Shown: in pieces, positions 35,736 to 44,641 of the stretch
Layout: each line of letters opens with the position of its first letter
Numbering within the stretch: the stretch's first letter is position 1
Origin: an uncultured Clostridia bacterium
Lineage (GTDB): Bacteria; Bacillota; Clostridia; Oscillospirales; CAG-272
Direction of reading: 5' to 3'
Assembly (NCBI GenBank): GCA_945949385.1
Contig: CAMFEL010000001.1
Span: 1 to 59,603, forward strand
Length of the DNA stretch: 59,603 nt
Position numbers and translations under genes: made by a program
The notes under the pieces: model-generated
Database searches by the model: none
Told to the model about the DNA's origin: nothing
The model's input: the letters and a program-made list of their open reading frames with translations, nothing else

Positions 35736-37067
35736 ATGTTTTCAAGCCTAAGCGAAAAACTTAACAGGGCTCTCGGCAAATTCCGCAACAAGGGCAAGCT
35801 TACGGAAGCCGATATAAAAGAAGGAATGCGCGAAATAAAGCTTGCGCTTCTTGAGGCAGATGTCAGCTTTAAGGTAGCGAAAGACTTTGTCAAGGATGTA
35901 TCCGAGCGTGCCGTTGGCACCGAGGTCATGGAAAGCCTTGTGCCCTCACAGCAAATTGTAAAAATTGTTAACGAAGAGCTTATAAAGCTTATGGGTTCGT
36001 CCCGCGCAAAGCTTGAAATAGCTTCAAACCCGCCTACCGTCATTATGATGTGCGGTCTGCAGGGCGCGGGTAAAACCACTCATTGCGCAAAGCTTGCCGC
36101 TATGTATAAAAAGCAGGGCAAAAATCCTCTGCTTGTAGCCTGCGATGTCTACCGCCCCGCAGCAATCAAACAGCTTCAGGTTGTGGGCGAGCAGGTTGGC
36201 GTTCCCGTATTTGAAATGGGCGCCGGAGATCCCGTAAAAATAGCAGCCGAGGGCGTTAAATACGCAAAGAAGAGCGGCTATGATATGGTGTTTATCGACA
36301 CCGCCGGCAGACTTCATGTTGACGAAACTCTGATGAAGGAGCTTTCCGAAATAAAGAAAGCCATAGAGCCTACGGAGATCCTGCTTGTTATCGACGCCAT
36401 GCTGGGTCAGGACGCCGTAAATGTTGCAAGTTCCTTCAACGAGCTGCTTGATATTACAGGCGTTATCCTTACAAAGCTTGACGGCGACACCCGCGGCGGC
36501 GCGGCACTGTCGGTAAGACACACTACCGGAAAGCCTATAAAATTCGTGGGTACGGGTGAAAAACTTGACGCCATCGAGCCCTTTTATCCCGACAGAATGG
36601 CGTCCAGAATACTGGGCATGGGCGATGTGCTCACTCTTATCGAAAAAGCCGAGCAGGCAGTTGACGAAAAGAAAGCGGCAGAGCTTGAGCGAAAGCTTCG
36701 CGAAAACAGCTTTACCCTGTCTGATTATCTGGATCAGCTCCGTCAGCTTAAAAATATGGGCAGCCTTGACGCTCTTGTAGGTATGATCCCCGGTATGAAC
36801 AAAGGCGCGCTCAGGGACGCCAAGATCGACGAAGGAGCAATGGCGCGCACCGAAGCCATAATCCTTTCAATGACCGAAAAAGAGCGTAACCGTCCCGATA
36901 TTATCAACGGCTCCCGCCGCAAGCGCATTGCCGCCGGCAGCGGAACAAGCGTTGAAGAGGTCAACAGGCTTATGAAGCAGTACGACCAGATGAACAAAAT
37001 GTTCAAGCAGCTCAATTCCATGGGCAAAAAAGGTAAAAAGAGGATGAAAATGCCGTTTAACTTTTAA
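35736..37067 (+). CDS. ffh: Signal recognition particle protein Ffh
   Basis: 443 aa with NG-domain GLQGAGKTT, DTAGRL and TKLDGD motifs, plus a Met-rich M domain. Confidence 0.95.
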   Translation: MFSSLSEKLNRALGKFRNKGKLTEADIKEGMREIKLALLEADVSFKVAKDFVKDVSERAVGTEVMESLVPSQQIVKIVNEELIKLMGSSRAKLEIASNPPTVIMMCGLQGAGKTTHCAKLAAMYKKQGKNPLLVACDVYRPAAIKQLQVVGEQVGVPVFEMGAGDPVKIAAEGVKYAKKSGYDMVFIDTAGRLHVDETLMKELSEIKKAIEPTEILLVIDAMLGQDAVNVASSFNELLDITGVILTKLDGDTRGGAALSVRHTTGKPIKFVGTGEKLDAIEPFYPDRMASRILGMGDVLTLIEKAEQAVDEKKAAELERKLRENSFTLSDYLDQLRQLKNMGSLDALVGMIPGMNKGALRDAKIDEGAMARTEAIILSMTEKERNRPDIINGSRRKRIAAGSGTSVEEVNRLMKQYDQMNKMFKQLNSMGKKGKKRMKMPFNF

Positions 37068-37112
37068 CGGGTTTTTATATAAAAATTATATTTATTTTCG
37101 GAGGAAAAACAA

Positions 37113-37355
37113 ATGGTTAAGATCAGACTCAGAAGAATGGGCGCAAAGAAGTCTCCCTTCTACCGTGTTGTCGTTGCAGACAGCCGTTATCCCCGCGACG
37201 GTCGTTTTATTGAGGAGGTCGGTACTTACGATCCTATGACCGAACCCGCAACCGTAAAGCTTAACACGGAAAAAATCAAGGATTGGATCTCCAAGGGCGC
37301 ACAGCCTACCGACACCGTAAAGGCTCTTATCGACAACTACTCCGACGCTGAGTAA
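37113..37355 (+). CDS. rpsP: 30S ribosomal protein S16
   Basis: [25 protein letters not shown] is a canonical bS16 N-terminus. Confidence 0.95.
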   Translation: MVKIRLRRMGAKKSPFYRVVVADSRYPRDGRFIEEVGTYDPMTEPATVKLNTEKIKDWISKGAQPTDTVKALIDNYSDAE

Positions 37356-37375
37356 TTCGGCGGGGAGGATGTTCG

Positions 37376-37612
37376 ATGATTGATCTTGTACGTCTTCTTG
37401 AAGACATTGCGAAATCTATCGTTGACAATCCTGACCAGGTCAAGGTGACGCAGGAGATCAACGATGATACCGTCACCCTTACCCTCAAGGTCGCAGAAAG
37501 CGATATGGGTATGGTTATCGGCAAGCACGGCAATATTGCAAAAGCTATCCGTACCGTTACCAAGGCCGCCGCAAAACTGGGCGACATGAAGGTCACGGTT
37601 GAGATCAGATAA
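37376..37612 (+). CDS. ylqC: KH-domain RNA-binding protein (YlqC/UPF0109)
   Basis: 78 aa with the GMVIGKHGNIAKAIRTV KH motif, in the conserved position after rpsP. Confidence 0.85.
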   Translation: MIDLVRLLEDIAKSIVDNPDQVKVTQEINDDTVTLTLKVAESDMGMVIGKHGNIAKAIRTVTKAAAKLGDMKVTVEIR

Positions 37613-37622
37613 ACTGCAAAAG

Positions 37623-37649
37623 AAAAAACCGCCCTCGGGCGGTTTTTTT
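37623..37649. terminator. Bidirectional terminator separating ylqC from the convergent 8-gene operon
   Basis: AAAAAA-CCGCCC-tc-GGGCGG-TTTTTTT. Confidence 0.7.
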
Positions 37650-37693
37650 CTGTAATTTAACATATCAAAACGAAGAACTTAACCGTTATGTAT

Positions 37694-38656
37694 TCAAACA
37701 TCAATCTCATCGAGATTTACCGCACGGCCGCCCTCGTTTCTGCTGCGAAGCCCGGCAATAATGATCTTCATCATTTCAACGGAATCGCTGAAGGCAACAG
37801 GCTCCTCACCTGTGCGCAGCCATTTGACAAACAGATCAAGCTGCTTTTTGAAAGCGTAATAGGAATCCTCGCAGTCAAGGTACTTTGAGCCGCGGCTTCC
37901 TATAATAAGCATACCAGCACCCGCCATGCCAATTCCCTGAGGAATATCCACACGGCAGCCGTTTTTATGCACAAGATGAACCTGTGCCTGCTCGTATGTG
38001 CCCGTGTTCTGAACAGACACAAAGCCGCTGCCAAGCAAGGGATACATCTGTTCTACGGCGTGAATACCGTAAGTCTCCCACTTTTTCGGCATGGGCGCAC
38101 AAATATACATAAGCTTTCCCATTTCATAAGTATGACCGTAGTAGGGCTCAAACTCCTTTGCATATCTCATGCAGGAGGAAGTAATAAACTGCTTTCCCTC
38201 ACGCCTCCAGTTAACAAAGGTGCGAAGATCCTCCTCGGTGTTTACAAGAGGCTTGTCAATAAACATGGGGAGCCCGGCGTCAAGAAAAGGCTTGCAGCGA
38301 TCAACATGCTCGTTCCCGTCATCGGTAGCGCAGATAACCGCGTCCACCTGTCCCAGCATTTCAATGGGATCATCCACAACATTGGGTATGCAGGACGCCT
38401 TTGCCATATGCTCAGCCATTTTTCTGTCGGCATATCCGGTACAGCAAATATGGGTAATATGCGCCCCTGGGATGCCGAAAGTCTCGGGCGGCTGCTTGTA
38501 CAAATAATCGGGAATTACAGGAAAAGGACATTCATCCATATATTCCTTGTTATAGCCGTTGAACATGGCGCTCCAGGAGTAGGGGTGTCCGTTACCCTCG
38601 GTCATACCGAGAATTCCGATTTTAAGCTCCTTATCGCCAAGGGGAAGCTTTGCCAT
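37694..38656 (-). CDS. Gfo/Idh/MocA-family oxidoreductase (atypical N-terminal nucleotide-binding loop)
   Basis: 320 aa. LKIGILGMTEGNGHPYSW replaces the usual GxGxxG, and the family EKP motif appears as FIDKPL. It is the last gene of the operon. Confidence 0.7.
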   Translation of the reverse strand: MAKLPLGDKELKIGILGMTEGNGHPYSWSAMFNGYNKEYMDECPFPVIPDYLYKQPPETFGIPGAHITHICCTGYADRKMAEHMAKASCIPNVVDDPIEMLGQVDAVICATDDGNEHVDRCKPFLDAGLPMFIDKPLVNTEEDLRTFVNWRREGKQFITSSCMRYAKEFEPYYGHTYEMGKLMYICAPMPKKWETYGIHAVEQMYPLLGSGFVSVQNTGTYEQAQVHLVHKNGCRVDIPQGIGMAGAGMLIIGSRGSKYLDCEDSYYAFKKQLDLFVKWLRTGEEPVAFSDSVEMMKIIIAGLRSRNEGGRAVNLDEIDV

Positions 38657-38712
38657 AATGATTACCTTCTTTCGATATTAGGTATTTATGTTATAAAAAT
38701 AAATTCAGCAAG

Positions 38713-39648
38713 TTACTTTTTCGGACGGGACAGAACCTTCATAATTTCGGGGATGTTCACATCTCTGAAGGTCTCTCTGATAGCCGCGGCGGTGTCCTCA
38801 CTGACAGAAGGAGCGGCGAAATACGCAGCGTTTGCGGCTACCTGTTCCTTAGTGTCGGCGCCCAGCACAAGGCTTGCAATACCGGGAATGTCACGCATAA
38901 AGGATATAGCCATTTCCGCAATGCTCATACCCTCTTTCTCGGCAAACTCACGCAGCTTTATTATCTTCGGCTTTGCGTGCTCGCAAAGAATAGGATCCGT
39001 GATCTTTTCGGGGTCAAGGAAAAACAGGCCCTGTAAAAATACGCTTCGAACAAAAACAGTATAGCCGCGGCGGCTGAGCTCGTCAACGGTACCGTCGTTA
39101 ATAAGGCGCTGATCGAAAATGCTCATAGGTATCTGCGTTGCGGTATACTCCGGATAGTTAAACATAAGCCTGATGTCCTCTGCAGTATACACGGAAACGC
39201 CCACCATATCCGTATAGCCTCTTTTTATAAGTCCCTGCATGGTCTTAGCGCACAGCTCGGGCTTAAAACGGAGGTTTGCGGCGTTGTGGAGCATAATATT
39301 GTCCACCTTATTAACACCGAGTCTTTGCAGAGAGGCCTCGGCACTCTCCACAATAAACTTTTCCACCTCGGCGTCGCTACCCTCCTCTATCATGGGCACC
39401 TTAGTGGTTATAAAAGGCTTGTTCTCAACACCTGCAAGAAAATGTCCCAGCACATCCTCGGAATTTCCGTAAGCGCGTGCGGTATCAAGGCTGTTTACAC
39501 CGCTTTCAAGAGCCGCACCCAGCATTTCCATACTCTGCTCTTCTTTAGGCTGACCGTTTTCATTGGCAATACCGTAGTTCATACCGAGCTGAACGGTACC
39601 CAAAGTCATTTTAGAAATTTTCTTGCCGCCGATCTCAGTATAAAGCAT
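38713..39648 (-). CDS. Aldo/keto reductase
   Basis: 311 aa with MTLGTVQLGMNYG and LDTARAYGNSEDVLG (catalytic Tyr context). The start overlaps the upstream stop by 1 nt (TAATG). Confidence 0.85.
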   Translation of the reverse strand: MLYTEIGGKKISKMTLGTVQLGMNYGIANENGQPKEEQSMEMLGAALESGVNSLDTARAYGNSEDVLGHFLAGVENKPFITTKVPMIEEGSDAEVEKFIVESAEASLQRLGVNKVDNIMLHNAANLRFKPELCAKTMQGLIKRGYTDMVGVSVYTAEDIRLMFNYPEYTATQIPMSIFDQRLINDGTVDELSRRGYTVFVRSVFLQGLFFLDPEKITDPILCEHAKPKIIKLREFAEKEGMSIAEMAISFMRDIPGIASLVLGADTKEQVAANAAYFAAPSVSEDTAAAIRETFRDVNIPEIMKVLSRPKK

Positions 39649-40433
39649 TATTTTATCTTCCTTCCGCTGATGTTTCTCACAATATTTCTGTAATACTGCC
39701 ACAGACCGACAACATCGGCGCCTGCGGAGATAAAGGTGTAGCCCATATCCACAAGCTCGTCAAAGTTAGCGGGGCCGCCGGTGGTACCTGCCCACTTTCC
39801 GTGACGGCGGGCACATTCCGCAATTTTTTTGCGCGCCTCGCAAACCTCAGGAAGCTCACACTCGTAAGGATGCCCTATTCCCTGACTAAAGTCGGCGGGA
39901 CCGAAGAATATCATATCAATTCCGGGAAGAGCGCAGATCTCCTCAAGCTCCGCCATGGGCTCCGGATCCTCTATCTGAACTATTACGAAACGCTCTTCGT
40001 TTGCGGTCTTAACATATTCCTGCTCGTTAACAAGGCAGTACTTGCCGTCGGCGTTGCCGCCGTCGATGGGTCTGCGTCCCACGGGATGGAATTTTGTATA
40101 GTAAACGATTTTCTTAGCCTCTTCAAGACTCATCAAATGGGGCACCATAATGCCGGCGGAATCGCCCTCAAGCGGACGGACAATATCGCTGTAACAGCCC
40201 TTTGACACTCTGGTAAGCACATCAACATCGTAGCATTTTGCGCTTCTGACGGCGTTTTCGATAAATGACCAATCGCTCGGAATGTGCTCCATATCCACCC
40301 AAACGCAGTCAAAGCCGCACATTGCCGCAATCTCAACATCGCGCTGATCCGCCAGATTGATCTTCACGCAGGTTGCCACATTTCCGCTTCTCATCTGTCT
40401 CAGCACCCTGCTCTGTCTCATATGAAATTCCAT
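39648..40433 (-). CDS. HpcH/HpaI-family class II (metal-dependent) 2-keto-3-deoxy-acid aldolase
   Basis: 261 aa with CGFDCVWVDMEH and VQIEDPE metal/substrate blocks, plus FFGPADFSQ. The ATG at 40433 has GAAAGGA 9 nt upstream. Confidence 0.8.
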   Translation of the reverse strand: MEFHMRQSRVLRQMRSGNVATCVKINLADQRDVEIAAMCGFDCVWVDMEHIPSDWSFIENAVRSAKCYDVDVLTRVSKGCYSDIVRPLEGDSAGIMVPHLMSLEEAKKIVYYTKFHPVGRRPIDGGNADGKYCLVNEQEYVKTANEERFVIVQIEDPEPMAELEEICALPGIDMIFFGPADFSQGIGHPYECELPEVCEARKKIAECARRHGKWAGTTGGPANFDELVDMGYTFISAGADVVGLWQYYRNIVRNISGRKIK

Positions 40434-40467
40434 AGTAATATTCCTTTCCAAGCTCTGCCGGTCTTAT

Positions 40468-41268
40468 TTAACGGGCGGTGTAGCCGCCGTCCACATTGAT
40501 TCCGGCACCCGTAATATAAGAGGAAGCGTCGGAAGCAAGAAAAACAAGCACGCCCTGAATGTCATTTTCATCAGCCATTCTGCCCAGATACGTCATTTTG
40601 GCATATCTCTCCAGAAACTCGGGATTCTGATGGTTAAACAGACCGCCCAGATTGAGGCAGTTTACGCGTACACCGGCTTTGCCGTATCTTCCCGCCATGA
40701 AGCGGGTAAGATTAAGCATGCCGCCCTTGTGGAAGAAATAATCGGGAGCGTCAATTGCGTCCATCTCGGGATGTCCCTCGTAAAGATAAGGATTGGAGCC
40801 GCAAATACCCATATATGAGCCGATGTTTATAATGCTGCCTCCGCCGCATTTTTCCATGTGGTCACCGAAAGCACGGGTTATGGCGAAAAGTCCGGTGGCG
40901 TTGACAGCCATAGACTTAGCAAAGTCCTCAAGAGGTGCCTCATAATCGTGCATGGGACGCAGAACGGAGTTGTTCACAAGTATATCCACGCGGCCGTTTT
41001 GCTTTATCATTCTGTCAAGAAGTGCCTTTATACTCTCCTCGTCCTCCTGATCGTAGCAGTCGGCATACACCTTATCGTAGCCCATGGAATTAAGCTCGTC
41101 GCAAAACTCCTTGCATTTTTCAAGTCCGCGGGAAGCACAGCAAACAGTTGCGCCCGCGTCGGCAAGAGCAATGACCATCTGCTTGCCGTAATAGCCGGAG
41201 CCGCCCGTCACAAGGGCGGTCTTTCCGTCAAGTCTGAATCTGTCGATAATATTGGCTTTGTTATACAT
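40468..41268 (-). CDS. Short-chain dehydrogenase/reductase (SDR)
   Basis: 266 aa with TGGSGYYGKQ (TGxxxGxG), NNSV and YFFHK (YxxxK). Confidence 0.85.
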   Translation of the reverse strand: MYNKANIIDRFRLDGKTALVTGGSGYYGKQMVIALADAGATVCCASRGLEKCKEFCDELNSMGYDKVYADCYDQEDEESIKALLDRMIKQNGRVDILVNNSVLRPMHDYEAPLEDFAKSMAVNATGLFAITRAFGDHMEKCGGGSIINIGSYMGICGSNPYLYEGHPEMDAIDAPDYFFHKGGMLNLTRFMAGRYGKAGVRVNCLNLGGLFNHQNPEFLERYAKMTYLGRMADENDIQGVLVFLASDASSYITGAGINVDGGYTAR

Positions 41269-41281
41269 ATAAGCCGTCTCC

Positions 41282-42550
41282 TCAGAAAAGTTTCTTTACA
41301 GCGTCAACAACAGCGCCGCCGGCTTCGCCGGTAAATACGGAAGTGCCTACCTCGTAACCGCCGTCATTGACTGCGTCGGGAGTAAACATATATCCGGGCA
41401 GAGAGCCGTTGGTAACCTCAAATACAAAGGTCTTCTTAGCGGGAGAAGCCGCCTTCAGCTCAAGACCGAATTCCACAAAAATCTCACCCTGAGTGGTACA
41501 GATATTTGTATCGTCGAGAGTAACGAGACACACTTCGCAGGGAAGCTCTTCATCTGTTATAGCGCCGCCCTCGGCTGCGATTTCGGCATAGTAAAATTCG
41601 TTCTCCTTGCCGAACATGGCAAGCTCGCAGTTACGCTTTGCTATGTAGTCGTCGTCGGGCATTTCTCTGAACGCCTTGCGTGCTTCTTCCATTTCGCGGC
41701 GTGCAACTTCAACCGGAGGATAGGAACGGGTGGGGAGGTCGATTTCCGCACTCTTGAAGCCTATTTCAATATCGTTTTTGAATTCCATTTTTTCAATGGT
41801 GTGGAAGATCTCAACACCGAGAGTGGAGCCAACGCGGGCAGCCTCCTCAAAGTTCTGACCCACTCTGTGGTAACGGGAGGACTGGTTGCCGCTGGTACCC
41901 TGAGCAAACATAAACTTTGCTTCGGGATATGCAAAAGAAAGGTAGCGGCGCACATATCCGGGATAATCGGCAGTAACAAGCAGGTTTTCGGCATGCAGAT
42001 ATGTGGGATGTAGAGCGTAATTGAACAGTATGCCGCGTACAGTGTCATTCATATCCTTGATACAAATAACATTCACGCTGTCGTCCTGAACACCGTTTTT
42101 GACTCGTCTGTTACCGCCCACGCCCTGCTCTTTTCCGCAGTGACCGACGCCGGTGGCAAATTTAGCCTCAAAAGTGTTGCTTCTTGCTTCAACTATTGCA
42201 GCCTCAACCTTGGGAAGAAGCTGAGCTATGTAAGACGGATCGTCATGAAGTCCTTCTGCCAGTTCGGAGGCAAGAGGCGTTGAAGACCAGGGGCCCGAAT
42301 GGGTATGAGAGGTGGTAAAGGTAATGTTGCCGCCCAGCTTTTCTCTGAGCTGTCTGCAATACTTTTTACCGAAGTACAGAAGATCGAGAGTCACCATTGT
42401 AATGCTGTCGCGTCCGTTGTCAAGATACAGCGCCCCGCAGTAAAGAGGGTCGTGTATTCCTTCGTTCGGACGGGGGCAATGGGGATAGCCCGCCATCTGC
42501 ACACCCTTTTCGGGTGAAATGTCTGCAAGTGCAATTCCTGCTTTAAGCAT
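41282..42550 (-). CDS. Neutral/alkaline-ceramidase-N-terminal-domain-like hydrolase, cytoplasmic
   Basis: 422 aa with no signal peptide. The pattern GIALADISP...MAGYP...IHDPLYCGALYL...TSHTHSGP...ALHPT matches my recollection of the neutral ceramidase-like fold. Confidence 0.55.
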   Translation of the reverse strand: MLKAGIALADISPEKGVQMAGYPHCPRPNEGIHDPLYCGALYLDNGRDSITMVTLDLLYFGKKYCRQLREKLGGNITFTTSHTHSGPWSSTPLASELAEGLHDDPSYIAQLLPKVEAAIVEARSNTFEAKFATGVGHCGKEQGVGGNRRVKNGVQDDSVNVICIKDMNDTVRGILFNYALHPTYLHAENLLVTADYPGYVRRYLSFAYPEAKFMFAQGTSGNQSSRYHRVGQNFEEAARVGSTLGVEIFHTIEKMEFKNDIEIGFKSAEIDLPTRSYPPVEVARREMEEARKAFREMPDDDYIAKRNCELAMFGKENEFYYAEIAAEGGAITDEELPCEVCLVTLDDTNICTTQGEIFVEFGLELKAASPAKKTFVFEVTNGSLPGYMFTPDAVNDGGYEVGTSVFTGEAGGAVVDAVKKLF

Positions 42551-42587
42551 AGTAATCTACCTTCTTTTCGTATAAAAACTTATAGCT

Positions 42588-43679
42588 TTACGCTTTGAAT
42601 ACATTGATAACGTCAAAATCGTCGTCAAGCACGACAATATCGGCGCGTTTTCCGGCTTCGAGGCTGCCGACCGTGCTGTCCACACGCAGAAGCCTTGCCG
42701 GATTAAGGCTTGTAACAGCGGCGATTTCCGGCAGGGAGAAGCCCAGCGCCCGGAAATTGGCAGCTACTCTGTTCATCGTAAGCTTTGAGCCGTTAAGCTC
42801 TCCGTCGAGGAAGTTAATTTCCTCGCCGTCGCCGTCGCCGCCGCAGGCGTCGGTAATTCCGATAATACTGCCGGCTCCGGCACATCTTTTTACAAGAGCC
42901 ACATATTCGGGGCGAACGTGTACGCCTTCCCTGTCGCAGATTATCTCATAAGTGAGACCCTCGCAGGAAAGAGCGGCAATATTGAAGTCCGTCTCCAGAG
43001 TACCTGCCCAACGGGTAGGAGAGATCGATGCGCCCGTTGCGTCAAACAGATGCGTAACATTTGAGGCACCGCAGGCAACGGCACGCCTTACCTGTTCGGG
43101 GGACGCCTTGCTGTGGCCGATAGAGCCCGCAATTCCGCGTTTTTTCATCTCCCGCATAAGCTGCTCTGTTCCCTCCACCTCGGGAGCAAAGGTCATATGG
43201 CGAAGTATACCGCAGTCAAGCATAGGCATATAAACGGCGGGATCGGCAAAAATATCGGCCTTTGCGCTTCTTGCTCCCAGTTCGGGATTAAGAAACGGTC
43301 CCTCAAGGTGAACACCGCATATTGTAGGACAGGTATTCATAGCCTGCCTTACGGCTTCAATGCCGTTCATAATGCCCTCTGTACCCAGATCCCGGTAAAG
43401 AGTAGCGCATACGGTTGTAGTGCCGTGAATGAAATGATACTCTGCGCAGGCGGCAGGATCCTCATGAAACCATGTAGACCCGCCGGCATGGCAGTGAATG
43501 TCAACAAAACCGGGCATTACCGTGCCGGTTTCGCTTATCACATTGGAAAGGAAGGGAGCGTCGGCTGCGCTTCCGGCGTAAACTATCTCACCGTCGCGCA
43601 CACATACGGCGCCCTTTTCAGCCACGCGATCCCGCAGGACCACGCGGCCTAAAAGCGTATATTCATCCATAACGCGCAT
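42588..43679 (-). CDS. NagA-family amidohydrolase (N-acetylhexosamine-6-phosphate deacetylase-like)
   Basis: 363 aa with PGFVDIHCHAGGS, VHLEGPFLNPE, NVTHLFDATG and GITDA. The start overlaps the upstream stop by 1 nt (TGATG). Confidence 0.75.
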   Translation of the reverse strand: MRVMDEYTLLGRVVLRDRVAEKGAVCVRDGEIVYAGSAADAPFLSNVISETGTVMPGFVDIHCHAGGSTWFHEDPAACAEYHFIHGTTTVCATLYRDLGTEGIMNGIEAVRQAMNTCPTICGVHLEGPFLNPELGARSAKADIFADPAVYMPMLDCGILRHMTFAPEVEGTEQLMREMKKRGIAGSIGHSKASPEQVRRAVACGASNVTHLFDATGASISPTRWAGTLETDFNIAALSCEGLTYEIICDREGVHVRPEYVALVKRCAGAGSIIGITDACGGDGDGEEINFLDGELNGSKLTMNRVAANFRALGFSLPEIAAVTSLNPARLLRVDSTVGSLEAGKRADIVVLDDDFDVINVFKA

Positions 43680-44611
43680 CAGTAGCCTACTGTCTCGCAG
43701 CACTCAAAGGGCTCTGCAATAGCCTCGGATACATAAACATCCGTGTCCATAAGCTGAAGTATGGAGGACGGTACAAGAGGAGTAACCTCGCCGTAGCAAA
43801 CAAGGCGGGAGATCATACGCTGCCATGCGGAATATGTACCGAATGTGGTAATAGCGTGCATCTCCAGACGGTTTCTGGAATTCTTAACATCGACGGGGCC
43901 GATGGTAGCAGCCTTGGGAGGCACATTGGCAATGTCTCCGGAGCAGCCGAAGCAGCCGTGGAGAGAGTTCTGCATAATAGTCATGGGATTAAGCGTTACC
44001 ACACGGGCTTCCATCTCCAGATATTCCTCAATGGGAGGACAGCCGAACTCGGGAGTGCAGGGATCGATGAACGCAATGTGACCTGCCCAGCCGGGGCCGG
44101 AGTAGCAAACATCAGCACCGCCGTCGCCGCAGTCAGCGATCATCTTGGAGTAATCCCTGATATTTTCGGTTGTGGGATAATGCACCTGAGACAGGGGCAT
44201 ACGGAGATCCTCGCGGATCTTTCCCCAGAAGTACTTCACATTACTGTGTGCAAAACCTGCGGCATAGTCAAGAGGAGCAATATTTCCGTCCTGATCCGCC
44301 CACTCGTCCATACAGAAAATATGTACATTGCGGCAGTTGATGTTAAGGCGGTTAATAGCCTCTGCCACAGACATATACTCAACGGGACAGGGGTTGGGGC
44401 ATATCATGACGACCTTTTCGTTCATCATATCGCTTTTTGCGATTCTGCCGATCATATCGGCAATCCATATGCCGTCGGGGCTGGGAACCACATGAATACG
44501 GAAATTGGGATTAGGATGCTTTTCCATATCCTCGCGCTTGATGTTTCTGCATCTTTCAAGCACCTCACGGTTCTTGTAGGGCACGAAGGGTGCCGGATCA
44601 AAAGTAAACAT
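43679..44611 (-). CDS. NagB-family protein (glucosamine-6-phosphate deaminase/isomerase-like) with an altered catalytic block
   Basis: 310 aa with FCMDEWAD (vs NagB FNMDEY) and SGPGWAGHIAFIDP (vs GGVGNDGHIAFNEP), plus an N-terminal extension of about 45 aa. Confidence 0.7.
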   Translation of the reverse strand: MFTFDPAPFVPYKNREVLERCRNIKREDMEKHPNPNFRIHVVPSPDGIWIADMIGRIAKSDMMNEKVVMICPNPCPVEYMSVAEAINRLNINCRNVHIFCMDEWADQDGNIAPLDYAAGFAHSNVKYFWGKIREDLRMPLSQVHYPTTENIRDYSKMIADCGDGGADVCYSGPGWAGHIAFIDPCTPEFGCPPIEEYLEMEARVVTLNPMTIMQNSLHGCFGCSGDIANVPPKAATIGPVDVKNSRNRLEMHAITTFGTYSAWQRMISRLVCYGEVTPLVPSSILQLMDTDVYVSEAIAEPFECCETVGY

Positions 44612-44641
44612 TTTACCTCTCCTTGTATGTAAAATTATTTT

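Noticed and set aside
37967-39064. 365-aa plus-strand ORF across the Gfo/Idh/MocA and AKR genes
   Set aside because: It is antisense to two genes with clear family motifs and crosses their intergenic region. It has no RBS and no recognisable domains.
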